Source: Candidatus Hydrogenedentota bacterium (GTDB lineage Bacteria > Hydrogenedentota > Hydrogenedentia > Hydrogenedentales > JAEUWI01). From it: a stretch of 64,000 nucleotides of DNA. Of this stretch, positions 63,256 through 64,000 are shown one piece after another. The position numbers were made by a program, and so were the translations under genes. Each line of letters starts with the position of its first letter. Position 1 is the first letter of the stretch. Location: contig JAXMOL010000043.1 of assembly GCA_034669905.1 (NCBI GenBank), forward strand, positions 1-64,000, in the 5' to 3' direction. The notes under the pieces were generated by a model. The model did no database searches and was not told the DNA's origin. It was given only the letters and a program-made list of their open reading frames with translations.

Positions 63256-63930
63256 CTATTGGATGCATCCCCGTTCCGCCGAGCGTGCATAATCGCGCAA
63301 TCGGGGGTCCATGCTCCCGGCGTTCTTGATGAAGTTCCGGATAGGTTCCCCGGCCGGGGGATAATAGGCCACCATATGGCCCAAGCCGTGGAGGCCACTC
63401 TCCACGCAGGCCACGTTGGGCAGGGTGAGGGCATAGGCCATCACGTCGGTGAGGGCCTCGTAGAGCGCCCCGCGATGGGGGATGCCTTCACAATAGCTCA
63501 GCGGCGTGATGTCCCAGATCATGTAGCAGAACATATTCAGGGGATTCCCCGTTTCGCTGAGGTGGCCGAGTACGGGTGCGCACCGTGGCGCATAGCATTC
63601 GGCGTAGAGGTGTTTGATGGCGTGAATGGCTTCCACCCGCTGGGCGATGGGTACGATGCCCTCCCGCAGGGCCAGGGCGCAGTCGGTGCATCCCGTGTCA
63701 AAGATGGCGCTGACGCCTAGGGCAATCTGCCAGTCACTGTAGGGCGCAAGGTCTCGGGGGATGTGGGTCAGCAGCCGGGTGACGAAGGCCACATTGTCCA
63801 TGTCGCTAATTTCCGTGGCACGCTCCCGATCCCAATCGGGGTCGAAGCGCCAATCTCCCCGCGCCTCGTCCTGATCGAAGAGGGCGCGGAGCCAGGCGTC
63901 GTAGCGCGCTTCGAAGGCCGTTTCACTCAT
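63256..63930 (-). CDS. Hypothetical alpha-helical protein
   Basis: 224-aa ORF; CYMIWD and ESGLHGLGH motifs; ATGA coupling to the upstream gene. Confidence 0.7.
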   Translation of the reverse strand: MSETAFEARYDAWLRALFDQDEARGDWRFDPDWDRERATEISDMDNVAFVTRLLTHIPRDLAPYSDWQIALGVSAIFDTGCTDCALALREGIVPIAQRVEAIHAIKHLYAECYAPRCAPVLGHLSETGNPLNMFCYMIWDITPLSYCEGIPHRGALYEALTDVMAYALTLPNVACVESGLHGLGHMVAYYPPAGEPIRNFIKNAGSMDPRLRDYARSAERGCIQ

Positions 63931-64000
63931 GGGTTACCGGGTTCATAGCCGTGGGGTCCGATTTTCTCGTGGGGAATGGGCTTGAAGCCGAGGGCGAAGG
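63927..64000 (-). CDS. 3' end of a gene running off the window, probably a beta-helix protein
   Basis: Reads FALGFKPIPHEKIGPHGYEPGNP*, similar to the FEPIPFESIG C-terminus of 26979-28997. Confidence 0.6.
   Translation of the reverse strand, partial: FALGFKPIPHEKIGPHGYEPGNP

Overview
GC-rich bacterial chromosomal window. Two DUF1559 prepilin-like proteins carrying the [17 protein letters not shown]...[15 protein letters not shown] tail, together with DUF1549/DUF1553 cytochromes, DUF1501 proteins, a sulfatase and many BamB/PQQ-like propellers, point to Candidatus Hydrogenedentota or a PVC-like organism (inference). About 46 CDS are supported; no rRNA, tRNA, CRISPR array or transposase is seen. 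Two systems stand out. (1) 211-5700 (-): an operon behind a near-consensus sigma70 promoter overlapped by a Fur-family-like box, with TWO DUF2946/CruR-like leader ORFs ending in the ribosome-arrest-type motif RGPP. They precede His-rich membrane proteins, a PilGHI/Xap-like ABC exporter and a His-tailed pilin-like protein. (2) 35253-62760: a mostly minus-strand supercluster of six PQQ/BamB-like beta-propellers, an NHL protein with GCCNP, a Tat-exported polyferredoxin and NapH-like membrane protein, a NuoE-NuoF (HydCB-like) fusion, a HydA/GltD-like Fe-S subunit with no catalytic domain, a CxxC-bearing GT4, a MacB/FtsX-type ABC transporter and a second pilin. Also present: two non-autonomous elements that share a TAGTGGTYTGAATC terminal repeat and sit on TAG stop codons, a fructokinase/NCS1-fold permease/mannitol dehydrogenase operon, a Cys-tailed flavoprotein with SigZ, mirrored DUF1549-DUF1501 operons and glycan-active enzymes. 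All family assignments come from motif recognition, not database searches.
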